This document shows, piece by piece, positions 28,412-43,481 of a stretch of 64,000 bases of DNA. Both the position numbers and the translations under genes were made by a program. Below the pieces are notes generated by a model. That model was not told where the DNA came from. It searched no databases and worked only from the letters and a program-made list of their open reading frames with translations. The stretch's first letter is position 1. Every line of letters begins with the position of its first letter. The DNA comes from Octopus sinensis (taxonomy: Eukaryota). The DNA is taken from assembly GCF_006345805.1 (NCBI RefSeq), contig NC_043020.1, forward strand, positions 11,842,001 to 11,906,000, in the 5' to 3' direction.

Positions 28412-29608
28412 ATCCGATCGAAATTATAACGTGTTTACTGCTCGAAATCAAAATGTAGTAATGAAAATTATGTAGACTCAAATTCGATACAATATTTCAA
28501 AGAAGACCAGAGAAAGAGGAGTAGGCGAGTTATTTAATTGGTTGTAATATACAAATGCTCGGTTAAAAATTATACTTTTCAAGTGAGTTGTTCGAGTGTA
28601 AAATAGTTTTATAAACTGCATAATTGCATTTTTGAGATACTTTAATAACACAGTGTATTGCAAATTTAAAGGTAGAACAGGTGTAGTGGAAGCAAAGTGG
28701 GAGGCTTTCCTTGCACCAACACTCATCACACTCCTATTGAGACACCCACGTCCTCCAGCAAAACTACTTGCTTACCTTCTACTGGGAAGCACTCCGTCGG
28801 TTACGACGACGAGGGTTCCTGTTGATCCGAATCAACGGAACAGCCTGCTCGTGAAATTAACGTGTAAGTGGCTGAGCACTCCACAGACACGTGTATCCTT
28901 AACGTAGTTCTCGGGGATATTCAGCGTGACACAGAGAATGACAAGGCCGGCCCCTTGAAATACAGGTACAACAGAAACAGGAAGTAAGAGTGAGAGAAAG
29001 TTGTGGTGAAAGAGTACAGCAGGGATCACCACCATCCCTGCCGGAGCCTCGCGGAGCTTTAGGTGTTTTCGCTCAATAAACACTCACAACGCCCGGTCTT
29101 GGAATCGAAACCGCGATCCTACGACCGCGAGTCCGCTGCCCTAACCACTGGGCCATTGTGCCTCCACCTTCTACTACGCCCAGTCTGTCTTAACATTTCC
29201 CTGCATAATGATCTGATACGTTAGACACTTATCAGTCCACTCTAAAGTAGGAGGCCGAGTTTTTTTCCTACAATTTGGTGAACTACATCTGCCAATATTA
29301 TGAAGTAACTCGGACCCCCCAGAAACAGCTGTCGGGACTAGTAACACCGTACCTTCTCTCCTCTAATTCTTTGAGTCTATATAATCTGAATAAGGTATAC
29401 ATAAGGGGGTTATCGCACTCAGTTTGCAGAACGTTTGATTTTGAGGTGATACTTGGACCTAATCACAACTTTTGAGGGAGTTCCGAAAAAAATAATTTAA
29501 ATATACAGATAAAAGTGTTTGTGTTTTATATACAAAATATATACACATGTCTACATTTAAATAAAGAAAAGGCAAAGACAGAAAGAATATAAGATGATTA
29601 ACACTCAA

Positions 29609-29686
<78 letters not shown>

Positions 29687-30107
29687 ATTATTATTATTTA
29701 AGGGAATAAAATCCAAACTTACAGGGAAAAAAAAATTCAATTTAGAAATACTAAATCAAATTTCACACAATAATATATATATATAAAAAATTAGAAAAAT
29801 ACCACCTTTTATCAATTCAAAATGAACAATTAAATTACACCATCTAGAAAATTACATATAATAGAAATGAGTGACTATATTTATATCGAAGTGATTTTAC
29901 TACTACTATAATCATTTCTTAAATATAGCCACGAAACACGTGTCGTTATTCTACCAATTATATACGTTTTTATCATTTTTGCAATTTTCTTAATCACTGA
30001 CATTTTATTGTTATTTTAATTTTAATATTTCTATTATATGTAATTTTCTAGATGGTGTAATTTAATTGTCCAATTTGAATTGATAAAAGTGTTTTTTTTT
30101 CTAATTT

Positions 30108-30151
<44 letters not shown>

Positions 30152-30159
30152 ACACACAC

Positions 30160-30268
<109 letters not shown>

Positions 30269-32028
30269 TTGAGTTATAATCTTTCAGTCTTTGCCTTTTC
30301 TTTATTTAATGTAGACAGGTGTATATATTTTTGTATAAAACACAAAGACTTTTATCTGTATATTTAAATTATATTTTTCGGAACCCCCTCAAAAGTTGTA
30401 GTTAGGTCCAAGTGTCACCTCAAAACCAAACTTTCTGCAAACTGAATGCGATATCCCCACTGTATATAGCCCTTGAATTCTGATAACCTGCCAAAAGGCG
30501 AAAAATCCTACTTTAATATATATCATGCATAATTTGAATGAAACTGCATAAAATCTATAACTTTAATCTACTAATAAGTATATTGATATAAAATAAACTT
30601 GCAGCAGTGGCTGTGTGGTAAGTAGCTTGCTAACCAACCACATGGTTCCGGGTTCAGTCCCACTGCGTGGTATCTTGGGCAAGGTCTTCTGCTATATCCC
30701 CGGGCCGACAAAGCCTTGTGAGTGGATTTGGTAGACAGAAACTGAAAAGAAGCCTGTCGTATATATGTATATATATGTATGTGTGTGTTTGTGTGTCTGT
30801 GTTTGTCCCCCTAGCATTGCTTGACAACCGATGCTGGTGTGTTTATGTCCTCGTCATTTAGAGGTTCGGCAAAAGAGACCGATAGAATAAGTACTGGGCT
30901 TACAAAGAATAAGTCCCGGGGTCAAGTTGCTCGACTAAAGGCGGTGCTCCAGTACGGCCGCAGTCAAATGACTGATACAAGTAAAAGAGTAAAGAGTAAA
31001 GAGTATAGCTAATAAAACTTTTGCAAGATGGCGGAAATCCAAGATGGCGACAAAAATTCACTATTTAGATAGACGGATTTCAGGCTATATTGGATAGGCA
31101 GCTTATTTTATGTCATTTCATATGTTTGCGAGGTCTAGAAGTCCTCTGATAAAAGTCAATCGTTATTTATTTTGATGATGTATCTAAAAATCAGTTTGGG
31201 AAACATTATCAACACGTCTCCCCATGCTCTGGCAAATATGGACTTAGCTAATTCACAATCTCGACTCAGAATGCAGTGTGGGATTTATCAAGTATAAGAT
31301 GAATCGTCGAGGTGCCAAGGAAATTCAAATTAACATCTTCTTCTCAAGTTAAATCCAAGTCGGCTGATCTGATTGAACGTGGTGAATCCGGAGCACCCAG
31401 GCAATATACCAAACTCTCCACACCTAGAGGGCAAGTGCCTGACATCATTAAAGAACGGGATAACTGCCAGCACTAGTTAATGGTGGCGCGTGGCTTAGTG
31501 GTTAGGGGCATTCGGTTCATGATCGTAAGGTCGTGAGTTCAATTCCCGGCGGCGCGTTGTGTCCTTCAGCAAGACACCTTATTTCACGTTGCTCCAGTCC
31601 ACTCAGCTGGCAAAAATGAGTAGTGCCTGTATTTCAAAGGCCAGCCTTGTCAAACACTGTGTCACACTGAATTTCTCCGAGGACTACGTTAAGGGTACAC
31701 ATGTCTGAGGAGTGCTCAGCCACTTGCACGTTAATTTCACGAGCAGGCTGTTCCGTTGATCGTATCAGCTGGGACCCTCGTCGTCGCAACCGACGGAGTG
31801 CTCTCAATGGTGGAGGGACTGGAGAAGAAGGAAATCGCCAACATTGCTGTGGATGGACGATGGACAGTCGACTTGGATATTATGAAAGATCACAGTGGAC
31901 CGTTTACTAGCAGCACTGAGGTAGATACCTATCGCCTGGCAGATATACTAGACGAAAAAAGATCAACAGGTTGTACTTAGAAATCATATAGGCGCAGGAG
32001 TGGTTGTGTGGTAAGTAGCTTGCTAACC

Positions 32029-34663
32029 GTCGCCGAAGACGCAAGTGTTTTTTAGGCGGGGTGTTGTTGCTGCTTGATGTCACGTCGTTCGTCGTGAAAT
32101 ATTGAATTTTGAGGCTCGACTACAGGTAGGCATTTGTTTTATATTTTTTAGGGCTTAGTGGAGTTTGTTGCTCTGTATTTAATATTTTTCAGTGAGTAAT
32201 AGACTCCACTCTGCTCCGGACATTTTCCTGCCTGTGGTCGCCTTTAGAGACTCACTTTGCAGTTAGAATTGTGTTTTTGAAGAGGCGTAGTCCCTCTACA
32301 AAAATTAATTTGTTTTGAAATTGTCTTTGTGTTTTCCACTGGATTTACCTCGGAGAACCAAGGATTACCAAGGACTGTTTTTGAAAGGTATTTTACCAAT
32401 TGGACATTTGGCCAGGAGTACCTTTTTTTGGCCAAAAAAATTAATTCCTTTGTCTGGATTTGAACTCTCTTCTTCGAGCTATCGTTTATTTTAAAAAAAC
32501 AAAAGAACTTTTTTGAACTGCTATTTCTATTTTTATTTCTTCCCTTCTGTTGTGTTTTTCATTCTCCTTTTGGTGTCTTATTTTATTTCCTTACTAGCAG
32601 TATCGCCCGGCGTTGCTCGAGTTTGTAAGGGAAATAACTATATAAGCATTTTTAGAGAGTTACTTCCCTTATAGATGCCAATTCGGGCTTTCTTAGCCAT
32701 TTCTGTTTTGGTGTCTTCAAGCCATGAAGTCGTTCTTCTAAAAGAACGCTGGTCTCCTTGACAACGCTTTACGACGTTGATTTCCTTACACTCCCTTCCC
32801 CACAGCTTCACGAGGGAGGGAAGAAGGGGGAGAAGCAAACACAGGTGCAGGTGTGACCATGGACGCCAACTCCGCCGCCATCGACACACGAAAAATTATG
32901 CATTAAAATGGAATAAAAAATGATGTTAAATTATTTTTAAAATCGTAGACTCATCGTAGACGCGCGCTAATACTCAGACGGGCTCGATATGAATCACGAA
33001 TATAAGATACCCGAATTTGGTTAAACTGCACCGCAAAATGTGGGAGTAGTTAGGAATCTAAATCGAAGGGGACAGATACTCACACAACTACAGTTTTATA
33101 TATATAGATATTTTGAACTGTAATTGAACTTTGTGTTAAAATGGCAAAGGAATTTCTTGTGTGGGAGTTGATACCTCCCCAAAAATATTTAAAAGAGCTG
33201 GAGGAGAAGACCGTGGTGTTGAGGACTTATTCGAAGTCGCTCGACACCATAGCCGTCTTTCCGAAGGCCACAATTTTGAACGAGCTGGCAGACTACATGC
33301 CAGCCATTAAATTTATTGCAAGGGGAGTGAAATATGCAACGGTACGGTTGCTATTTGACTCCCCCCAAGAAGCTTGCGATTTTGCAAGTCAGCCCCTCAA
33401 GGGTGAGGAAATATTGTTTCTTCCAAGCTACTGTGGAAAGAAACTATTAAAGGCTTGGATCTGCGGACTGCCACCCGGAGTTGAGCCCGAGTGGATAGAG
33501 GACTCTATCTGTCGGGGTCTGGGTGGTAGCAGCGCCAAGCTGCTGAATGTAAAAGTGTTGCCTGCGGCTGATTGGGAGGGGTCGAAAGCTGTTTTGACCC
33601 GATGGACCCAATCAGCCGAAAGTCTGGTTTTTTCAGATTTCTTGAGAATGGCCATTCCAGGTATCCGGTGATGCTTGAGGGACGACCCCCCAAGTGTCAC
33701 CTGTGCCTGGAGACTGGCCACATTAAGAAGAACTGCCCCAGGGACCAAAGTAGGATCCTGGAGCAGGAAAAAGAGAAAGTGCATGCCGCCCATTCATTGG
33801 AGGGGGAGACGGTGGAAGTCGTGGAGGAAGCTGCCTCCACGAAAAGAAAAAGACAGGTGAGCAACAATGGTTGCTCACCAAAGAACGTACAGACGGAGGA
33901 AGAGGGTAGCGACCCCCCGCGTCCGGCGACGGAGCCCTCTGAGCTCGCAGTCTCAAAAAGAAAGAGGAAAAAGAGGAACAGAGGACGGGCGGCGAGTGTT
34001 CCTAGGCCGTCGACGGAGCCGCAGGTGGGATGTGTGCCACCTGCGGATAAGGCTCCGTCAGTGGGAAGTGTGCCACTGACGGATCAGTGTGTGGCCCCTT
34101 CCTGTGAAAAGGAGTGGTTTATCCTCCTTAAGGGAGGGAAGGTGAAAAAATTTTTTGAACGGCTTGGATGACCGAGAACGTATGGACACGGTATGCACAA
34201 GTAGTCCGTTATGCCCTCCGCAGGTGGCTGCGGAGGTAGTAACGGAAAATATTTTGTCAGAGGTCGCTGCGACCTTTAACAGGAAAGAATTTACTTTACT
34301 CTTTGCAGGCCTCGACTCGTCGTCGCAGAGTTGTCTGCAGGCGGCAAGGCACTTTGCTTCGGGGACCTGACAGGGAGAATTGTTGTGAATTTATGTGCTG
34401 CCCTTGTGGCAAATTAAATGAATGAAAGAAGTTTGTAAGAGGTTTTAGTGCCTCCTTTGTGTAAGAGGTTTGAAGCCTCATATCGATTTTTTGAAAATAA
34501 AGAAAAAGGAACATTGTTTTAGAGAAGCGAAGGTCGGCGGGCGCTTTTCGTCTTCTCCCATCATCATCATTTTTGCATTACCACCATTCATATCATTAAT
34601 GTCTATGTCCAGCCCGCAAAGCTGCTATCTGTGTGATGCCCTTGTGGCAAATTAGATGAAATA
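32029..34663 (+). mobile_element. Non-LTR element encoding only a gag-like ORF1 (CCHC knuckle), flanked by a 16-bp TSD inside a SINE head
   Basis: ORF1 pieces 33141-34370 (frameshifted) with CHLCLETGHIKKNC. AAGTAGCTTGCTAACC at 32013-32028 and 34664-34679. No RT or endonuclease between ORF1 and the 3' end. Confidence 0.8.
32593..33109 (+). mobile_element. HINE-like element inserted in the 5' region of the ORF1-only LINE
   Basis: TT|ACTAGCAGTATCGCCCGG ... TATATAGAT. Confidence 0.7.
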
Positions 34664-35749
34664 AAGTAGCTTGCTAACCAACCACATGGTTATTGCCGAC
34701 TGTGAGAGAATATATTCCAGATATTATCTTTCCGTGAGGTATGATACGGCGGGCAGAACGACCTGTAACAGGATAGCAAGAAAAAGAGAAAAGAAAAAAG
34801 AGAATACATACAAACGAAGTTGACCATATTGAGACCGATTGGACAAAAGAATAGTGATGGAACTTGAAAATTAAAACAGCCACCATGTTAAAACACAACC
34901 GACCAGATATTGTTGTCTAGGACCACAAAGAAATTATATGATCAGTTTTGGAGACCAGTTCCCCTCTAGAGACGAATGGGGTTAGAAAAATACCAGAGAA
35001 AAAGGATCTCTCTCTCTCTCTTTCTCTTTTTCTCTTTTTACTTGTTTCAGTAATTTTGACTGCGGCCATGCTGGAGCACCGCCTTTAGTCGAGCAAATCG
35101 ACCCCGGGACTTATTCTTTGTAAGCCCAGTACTTATTCTATCGGTCTCTTTTGCCAAACCGCTAAGTGACGGGGGACATAAACACACCAGCATCGATTGT
35201 CAAGCAATGCTAGAGGGACAAACACAGACACACAAACATACACGCACATACATATACATACATATATACGATGGTCTTCTTTCAGTTTCCGTCTACCAAA
35301 TCCACTCACAAGGCTTTGGTCGGCCCGAGGCTATAGTAGAAGACACTTGCCCAAGGTGCCACGCAGTGGGACTGAACCCGGAATCATGTGGTTGGTAAAC
35401 AAGCTACTTACCACACAGCCACTCCTGCGCCTATGGACAATTGATAAGGAGCTTTCAAATCCAGAACCCAAAATGCACTTTCAGCTTCATACCCATTATT
35501 GTTAGAGGAACAGGATACATTCCAGCCTGTCTGGAGCCAAAGAATGGCCGAACTTGGAATCTTGGGGAGACATTGCAAACCCTTAATTCATACGCAACAA
35601 ATGACCACGATATCGGGGACAATAAAAATCTGCAAGACCTTATTAAAAATTTAAAAGATGACGGTTAAATCAAAATACTTCGCTTCACTGCCTTGCTACC
35701 AAATCCGTGGTCGGCCCAAAATTTACTCAAAATTAGGAGAAAGAGAATG

Positions 35750-36585
35750 CATAAATACATACATACATACATACATACATACATACATACATACATACAT
35801 ACATACATACATACATACATTCATACATACATACATGCATGCATACATACATACATACATGCATGCATACATACATACATACATACATTCATACACACCC
35901 ACATACATAGATACATACATACATACATACATACATAAATACATACAAACCCACATACATACATACATACACATACATACATACATACACACCCACAAGC
36001 ATACATACATACATACATACATACATACATGCATACATACATACATACATTCATACACGCATACATACATACATACATACAAACATACATACATACATAC
36101 ATACGTACACACATACACGCATACATACATACATACATACACATATGCACGCATACATACATACATGCATACATACAGACATACACACAAACATTCATAC
36201 ATACATATATACGCACATGCACACATACATACATACACACATGCACGCATACATACACACAGACACACACACACAATTACACATACACACATGCACGCAT
36301 ACACACATGCATACACACACACATACCCACATACATACATACATACACACCCACATTCATACATGCATACATACATACATACACACATACATACACACAT
36401 GCATGCATACATACATGCATACATACATACATACATACATACACATACATACATACATACATACATACATACATACATAAATACATACATACATGCATGC
36501 ATGCATACATACATACATACATACATACATACATACATACATTCATACATACATACATACATACATTCATACATACATACATACG
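35750..36585. repeat. (CATA)n tract; similar (TATG)n tracts at 20661, 21955, 27188 and 55091
   Basis: Direct inspection. Confidence 0.95.
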
Positions 36586-37413
36586 GCTGCTTTCAGTTTC
36601 CGCCTACCAAATCTAAAATATTGTCCTTAGAAACAGAATTTGTTGTGCAAATTCGTCGTTAAATCTGAATCGATCATTTTAAAATCAATATATGTGTAAT
36701 TATAAAATTTAATGATTTATATCATATAACACACACTTTTTTTTTTGCACAAGAACCCAGAAATTGCTACCTTTACTAACACTTCAACCTTGATTGGAAC
36801 ACTTTAAAATAGTAATAAAAAAAAGAGTGATGTTTTGAGGAGTGGCTGTGTGGTAAGTAGCTTGCTTACATGGTTCCGGGTTCAGTCCCACTGCGTGGCA
36901 TCTTGGGCAAGTGTCTTCTGCTATAGCCTCGGGCCGACCAATGCTTTTTGAGTGGATTTGGTAGACGGAAACTGAAAGAAGCCTGTCGTATATATGTATA
37001 TATATATATATATGTATGTGTGTGTATGTGTTTGTGTGTCTGTTTTTGTCCCCCTAGCATTGCTTGACAACCGATGCTGGTGTGTTTACGTCCCCGTCAC
37101 TTAGCGGTTCGGCAAAAAGAGACCGATAGAATAAGTACTGGCTTGCAAAGAATAAGTCCCGGGGTCGATTTGCTCGACTAAAGGCGGTGCTCCAGCATGG
37201 CCGCAGTCAAATGACTGAAACAAGTAAAAGAGTAAAAGAGTAAAAGAGTATGCATGATTTTGTGAATCCGTGCACATATTTCGTGCGCAAAATTCTGGCC
37301 GTGTTTCACAATAAAATAATCAAACACATACAGAAAGTTCTAGAAAAACAAATACTGGAGGGAGAATCTGATGGCAAATTACGATCGAGAATAAAAATAT
37401 TGTTTCCTCTTAC

Positions 37414-37810
37414 CGAATCCAAAACCAACCAGACTTCGTCCGAACAACAGCATATATTGGTTGACGGCACTTGCTGAAATAATAGCTCCAAGTAAATAGG
37501 AAATACTACTCGCCATAACTGTTTTTTTTCGGCCAATTTTGTTGCTAATATCGGAAGCAATTAAGCTCACAATGGAAGCCACGGGTAATGGTCCAGCAAT
37601 TATCAACTGCTGTCTTATCGACGAAAGTTGCATTGTTTTTTTGATGTGAAGCACGGCGCCTGACGTCGCACCAAGATCATATCCTATTGAGAAAATCGAC
37701 ATTACTGCTATGATTGTCAGCAAATAGAGTCTTAACGACGGTTTCCTCTTCTCAGGCGTTTCCTTTTCCTGCTTGAGATTAAGTACGTCTTTGTTTCGAC
37801 TTTCGGCCAT
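37414..37810 (-). CDS. SLC2A13-like: Variable first coding exon D (intact, 397 nt = 132 codons + 1)
   Basis: MAESRNK...FSIGYDLGATSGAVL...NKIGRKKTV...GRSLVGFGFG followed by GTAAGAGG donor at 37413. Confidence 0.88.
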
Positions 37811-38280
37811 TTTCGATCGAGATTATAACGTGTTTACTGCTCGGAAACAAAATGTAGTAATGAAAACTAAACTCAAATTCGATACTATATTTGAAAATAA
37901 TGACTAAGGAAACAAAAGTACTTAAGAAGTTATAAAAGTTCAAGTATGAATTGCAAAATTACGGTCATAACAATACGTTTTAAGCGTGTCTTTTCAAGTG
38001 TGGCTGTTGAGATAGATTTACGAAGTGCATTATTTTCTTTATGATATATCTCAATTACAGTAGGTAATAATACACTTTTCTGCCTGGAGTTGCTTTGAAA
38101 TAAAACTGGCTTTTGTACGAGACATCACGTTGCCTGTAGCGTGATACGGGAGCAACAATAAAGTGCATTTACCGTTCATGCATATCGTTCCAAAAATTTC
38201 ATTATCTCTTTGTCATACCTACAATCTTTTTTCAGATCACATCTACAGCTTCTCACTCGAATCCCATCTTCAGTCTTTAA

Positions 38281-38844
38281 CTCTTTAGTGTTTAAACCGG
38301 CCATATCTGGCCCAGATATTCTACATGTTAGTTAGTTAGTTAGTTAATTTTTTGGCTCAAAAAGCAAAAAGTAAGGCCATGTAGGGGTACATGGAGTTAA
38401 GTACAGGGTGGTGTTCATGTAAAGAGTTCAGGCCATTTGTGGTCAAGGGAGACTTTGAACCGAGCGGTCGTCGGCATCTTCACTATCTCGTCCGGCAGCT
38501 TATTCGACGGATCCGCAACCCGGACGGAGAAAGCCCCTCTCCTTCGATTGAGATGAAATCGTCGCAGATAGAGCTTTTCGGAGTGACCCCGCAGCCCACG
38601 CTCTGGAGCAGGAGTGAAGAACAGCTCTTTCGAGAGGTTACACTTTCCGCTTATGGTGTTGTCGTTTTTATATGTTTTATATTCAAACTGGCGATATCTA
38701 GCCTCTCACATCTAACCTACATTGACATTCTAAAATAAACAATCACATCATTGAAACCTCAAATCTATTAGACAATGCTTGATTAATTCAAAACAATTTG
38801 AGCGAAAAAGTATTACATTTAACAGTAATCTGAACACTAAAGGG
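38281..38844. mobile_element. piggyBac-type MITE (TTAA TSD) hosting the CR1 fragment
   Basis: TTAA|CTCTTTAGTGTT ... AACACTAAAGGG|TTAA. Confidence 0.7.
38335..38655 (-). mobile_element. CR1-type LINE 3' end with (TAAC)n tail
   Basis: Minus-strand translation ...LRGHSEKLYLRRFHLNRRRGAFSVRVAD..NKLP...FKVSLD is the typical CR1 ORF2 C-terminus. Confidence 0.75.
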
Positions 38845-39756
38845 TTAATCTCATTTAATGATGCTTAAAGTCGTTAATCTCATTCAAACTACACTTACAG
38901 TTTTTAATTTAATTGAAATCATAGCTGCAGGTTTTAATCTCGTTCAAATCACACCTACAGTCTTCATTCAAATCACATCCACGGTGTGAACGTATGTTTC
39001 TTTTACGTTCTAGCTGAATAACATGCTATATAATTCCACCCAAGCCGCTCGCCTTCACAAATGTCCCGAGAAAAAACCAGATTTCTAACGAGTGAAGCGG
39101 AGAACATCTACGTAGTGACTGTATCTGCTAGAAACAATAGTTGAGCTTCACTGAAATCACTGTCTATCATCTTAAGCAAAGGAAAAACGCATAGAAAAAT
39201 GTAGTTCTTATCATAGATAAAAGATGGAAGCGCTGATCTGCATTCAAGCAACATTAATAGATTTAGAAATTGTAAAGGTCCACAAAGTTGAAGTTGTCTG
39301 TGTGTGGCAGGTTTGGCAGCCTTCAACTAACACTATCTCCTCCGAGGCCCTGTGGCGCAAGTTGACCAAAATCGAGAGTATGATAGAAGAAGGCTTGCTC
39401 TTCATTCCGTAGAGGAGAAAATTCAAATCGGACCATGTTAAGACCAAAAATTATTTACATCAAAAAGGTGCTATTTTACTATGAAAATCCCTATTTTTCA
39501 CGATTTTTTGACTGCCGTGTCGCCATTTTTCGGTGTATTTCAACCAGAAAAATGTTCACTTAAAGAGAATAACAAGCTACATAATGCAAATTTGTTTACT
39601 TTTCAAAAATTCCAATTCTAAAGGATCGAAACACCCGAGCAACGCCGGGTGATACTGCTAGTAAATGATAAGAGAAAAAACTAAATTAACGCTAAAATTA
39701 AATTCACCTTTATCTTTTACTTGTTTCAGTCATAGAAGTGCATATATATACATTAT

Positions 39757-40056
39757 ACGAGCAGTATTGCCCGGCGTTGCTCGGGTTTGTAAGGGAAATA
39801 ACTATATAAGCATTTTAGAGAGTTACTTCCCTTATATAATAGCCAAAAAATGCATTAAAAATGGGAAAAAATAATGGTAATTTTTTTTTTAAATCGTAGA
39901 CTCATCGTAGACGCGCGCTAATACCCAGAAGGGCTCGATAAGAATCTCGACTATAAGATACCCGCTTTTGGTTAAACTGCACCGCAAAATGTGGGAGTAG
40001 TTAGGAATCTAAATCGTAGGAGACAGACAAACAACTTCACTTTTATATATAAAGAT
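39757..40056 (+). mobile_element. HINE-like element; a related inverted copy lies at about 39282-39662
   Basis: Same hairpin start and body. Confidence 0.65.
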
Positions 40057-40703
40057 ATATATATAATATAATATAAATATATATGGGCAACAGACACGAA
40101 CACACATACACATACGTACGTACGTACACCTATTGCATGTTTTTGCATGCATGTTCATAAACAGAAATGAATGGGGAAAATGTTGTTAAATTTGTAGATT
40201 AACACTCGCACGATGTTCACTAAAGTATATATACTATGATTATAAAATATAGTGTCTTTCAAAAACAAAAAAACAAAACATTATACATTTTCTTTTTTAT
40301 GAACGTCATAACTTACTCCCTCTGTCTCTCACTTTGTCTTTCCCGTGAAACTCTCTGCCTCCTTCTTCCACTTTTCTTTATCTTATTTTTTTTTGTTAGA
40401 CGCCATCAAAAAAGCTAAGGCTGATATTTTTCGTGGCTAAAAGCTATGTCTGAAAATAGATATTTACGCTACCCACGGGTGCTTCGGTGAATGAATTATC
40501 CTATGTTTATCGTCAGCATGGAAAATGTTGGCAATCATCGAAATTTTTGTTCGTCTTGTTGTCGAGAGAGGCTCCTTTTCTTTCCTGATGAGAAGATTGC
40601 ATAATGCACCCTTTATTTCTTCGGATTGAAAATATGCTGTCTTCGAAACACGTGTCGAGAGTAAAGGAATTTTGTTAACATTTTCGTTCGACTCCATTCT
40701 TTC

Positions 40704-40793
<90 letters not shown>

Positions 40794-40846
40794 TAGTTTG
40801 ACGCTCAGGAAAGTGAGAAAGTCTTTTACGTTATATATACGTTATT

Positions 40847-40877
<31 letters not shown>

Positions 40878-40907
40878 TTATATATATATATATATTATAT
40901 ATATATA

Positions 40908-41059
<152 letters not shown>

Positions 41060-41773
41060 CGTATATATAACGTAAAAGACTTTCTCACTTTCCTGAGCGT
41101 CAAACTAATACACCTGCTTCTTGTTTATACTATTTTTTATTGAAATCCAATTCGCCTATAATTCAACTGGATGTTAGGAACAAACAAATAGCAAAATCGG
41201 ATTTAACGTGGAAAATTATTTCAATATACCAAACTTTGACGTAATTTTGACGTAATTTTAGAATCTCAATATGTGACCGTAACAAGGAAGAAGTATAGAG
41301 AAGTATAGAGCTTATTTATTAAAACCGCAAAAACATCACCGTAACAGTTTGCTTGAGGCAAAACGCCATAAAAATCGTTTGTGACAGGTTTTTCGGTCAA
41401 TGCCCGAACATGTTGAGGTTGGTGTGGAGTGTTTTTGCAATTCATTTGTTTTGTTGGGTGTAGGTGCTTGTTGCTGTGGTGGGCATGAAAGTGTCTGTGG
41501 AAAGATAGGTGTGTCCGTTTCGGTTCTGTCGACTGAGACAGTTACTCTTTTTTTTTTACTCTTTTACTTGTTTCAGTCATTTGACTGTGGCCATGCTGGA
41601 GCACCGCCTTTAGTCGGGCAAATCGACCCTGGGACTTATTCTTTGTAAGCCTAGTACTTATTCCATCGGTCTCTTTTGCCGAACCGCTAAGTGACGGAGA
41701 CATAAACACACCAGCATCGGTGTCAAGCAATGCTAAGGCCACACACACACCACACACACACACACACACACGC

Positions 41774-41827
<54 letters not shown>

Positions 41828-41989
41828 TACGACGGGCTTCTTTCAGTTTCCGTCTACCAAATCCACTCACAAGGCATTGGTCGGCCCGGGGCTATAGCAG
41901 AAGACACTTGCCCAAGATGCCACGCAGTGGGACTGAACCCGGAACCATGTGGTTGGTTAGCAATATCTTTTCCGTTTATGTTCACAGTA

Positions 41990-43415
41990 AAAAGTTTCTC
42001 TGTGCACTTAAATTACACGGTAAGGACCAGAATAAGGTGGCATCAATGGACCCTTAACGGAATCGTTACGAATAAACTCATGCGTCCATGTGGATATGTC
42101 AGAAGAAATCGCAGAAGGTATAGACTGTTGTCTAGGCAACATTAGAGGTAGGTCCGCAAAGAAAGATCTAAGTTGAGTGATATACGAAGTTGGATCGGCT
42201 TTCTGTACATCAACGGGTGCTAACATTTGGCCAGGTAGTGCCAAAGTGGTACCATATAAGAGTTCAGCAGAAGAGTATCCCGAATCTACTTTGATGGCTG
42301 AACGGCAGCCCAGTAGAACAATAGGAAGGAACTCAGACCAACGGTGGAGTTCAGGAGCAGCACGAATCGCGGCTTTTAGCAGCCTATGAAAACGCTCTAC
42401 CATTCCGTTCGCAGCGGGGTGGTAGCTTGTGGTGTGAATATGCTGTATTCCGAGTAATTGTGACAGTTCACGAAATAGACTAGCTTCAAACTGGCGACCA
42501 TGATCAGTCGTGATCTTGGAGGGTACTCCAAAACGAGAGATCCAACCTGATATAAGTGCTCTGGCAACAGAGACTACAGAAATGTCGGCTAGAGGAATGG
42601 CTTCAGGCCATCTGGAGAATCTGTCAATGCAGGTCAGGATATACGTGAACCCGTAACTGATAGGCCATGGACCAACAATGTGGAAGCACTCCGTCGGTTA
42701 CGACAACGAGGGTTCCGGTTGATCCGATCAACGGAACAGCCTGCTCGTGAAATTAACGTGTAAGTGGCTGAGCACTCCACAGATACGTGTACCCTTAACG
42801 TAGTTCTCGGGGATATTCAGCGTGACACAGAGAGTGACAAGGCCGGCCCTTTGAAATACAGGTACAACAGAAACAGGAAGTAAGAGTGAGAGAAAGTTGT
42901 GGTGAAAGAGTACCATCCCCTGCCGGAGCCTCGTGGAGCTTTAGGTGTTTTCGCTCAATAAACACTCACAACGCCCGGTCAGGGAATCGAAACCGCGATC
43001 CTACGACCGCGAGTCCGCTGCCCTAACCACTGGGCCATTGCGCCTCCACGGACCAACAATATCGATATGAATATGCTGGAACATGGAATCGGGCGGCTGG
43101 AAGTGCTCCCAAACGAGCTCGTACATGTCTGTGTATTTCTGCACGATGACAACGCAGACAGGCACGTGACCAAACAGTAATAGAACGTCGCATATTCGGC
43201 CAAAAAAAAGGGGCCGAAATAAGCTTAACCGTGGCCGCAATGCCTAGGCGCAGGAGTGGCTGTGTGGTAAGTAGCTTGTTTACCAACCACATGGTTCCGG
43301 GTTCAGTCCCACTGCGTGACTGACACCTTGGGCAAGTGTCTTCTACTATAGTCTCGGGCCGACCAAAGCCTTGTGAGTAGATTTGGTAGACGGAAACTGA
43401 AAGAAGCCCGTCGTA

Positions 43416-43481
<66 letters not shown>

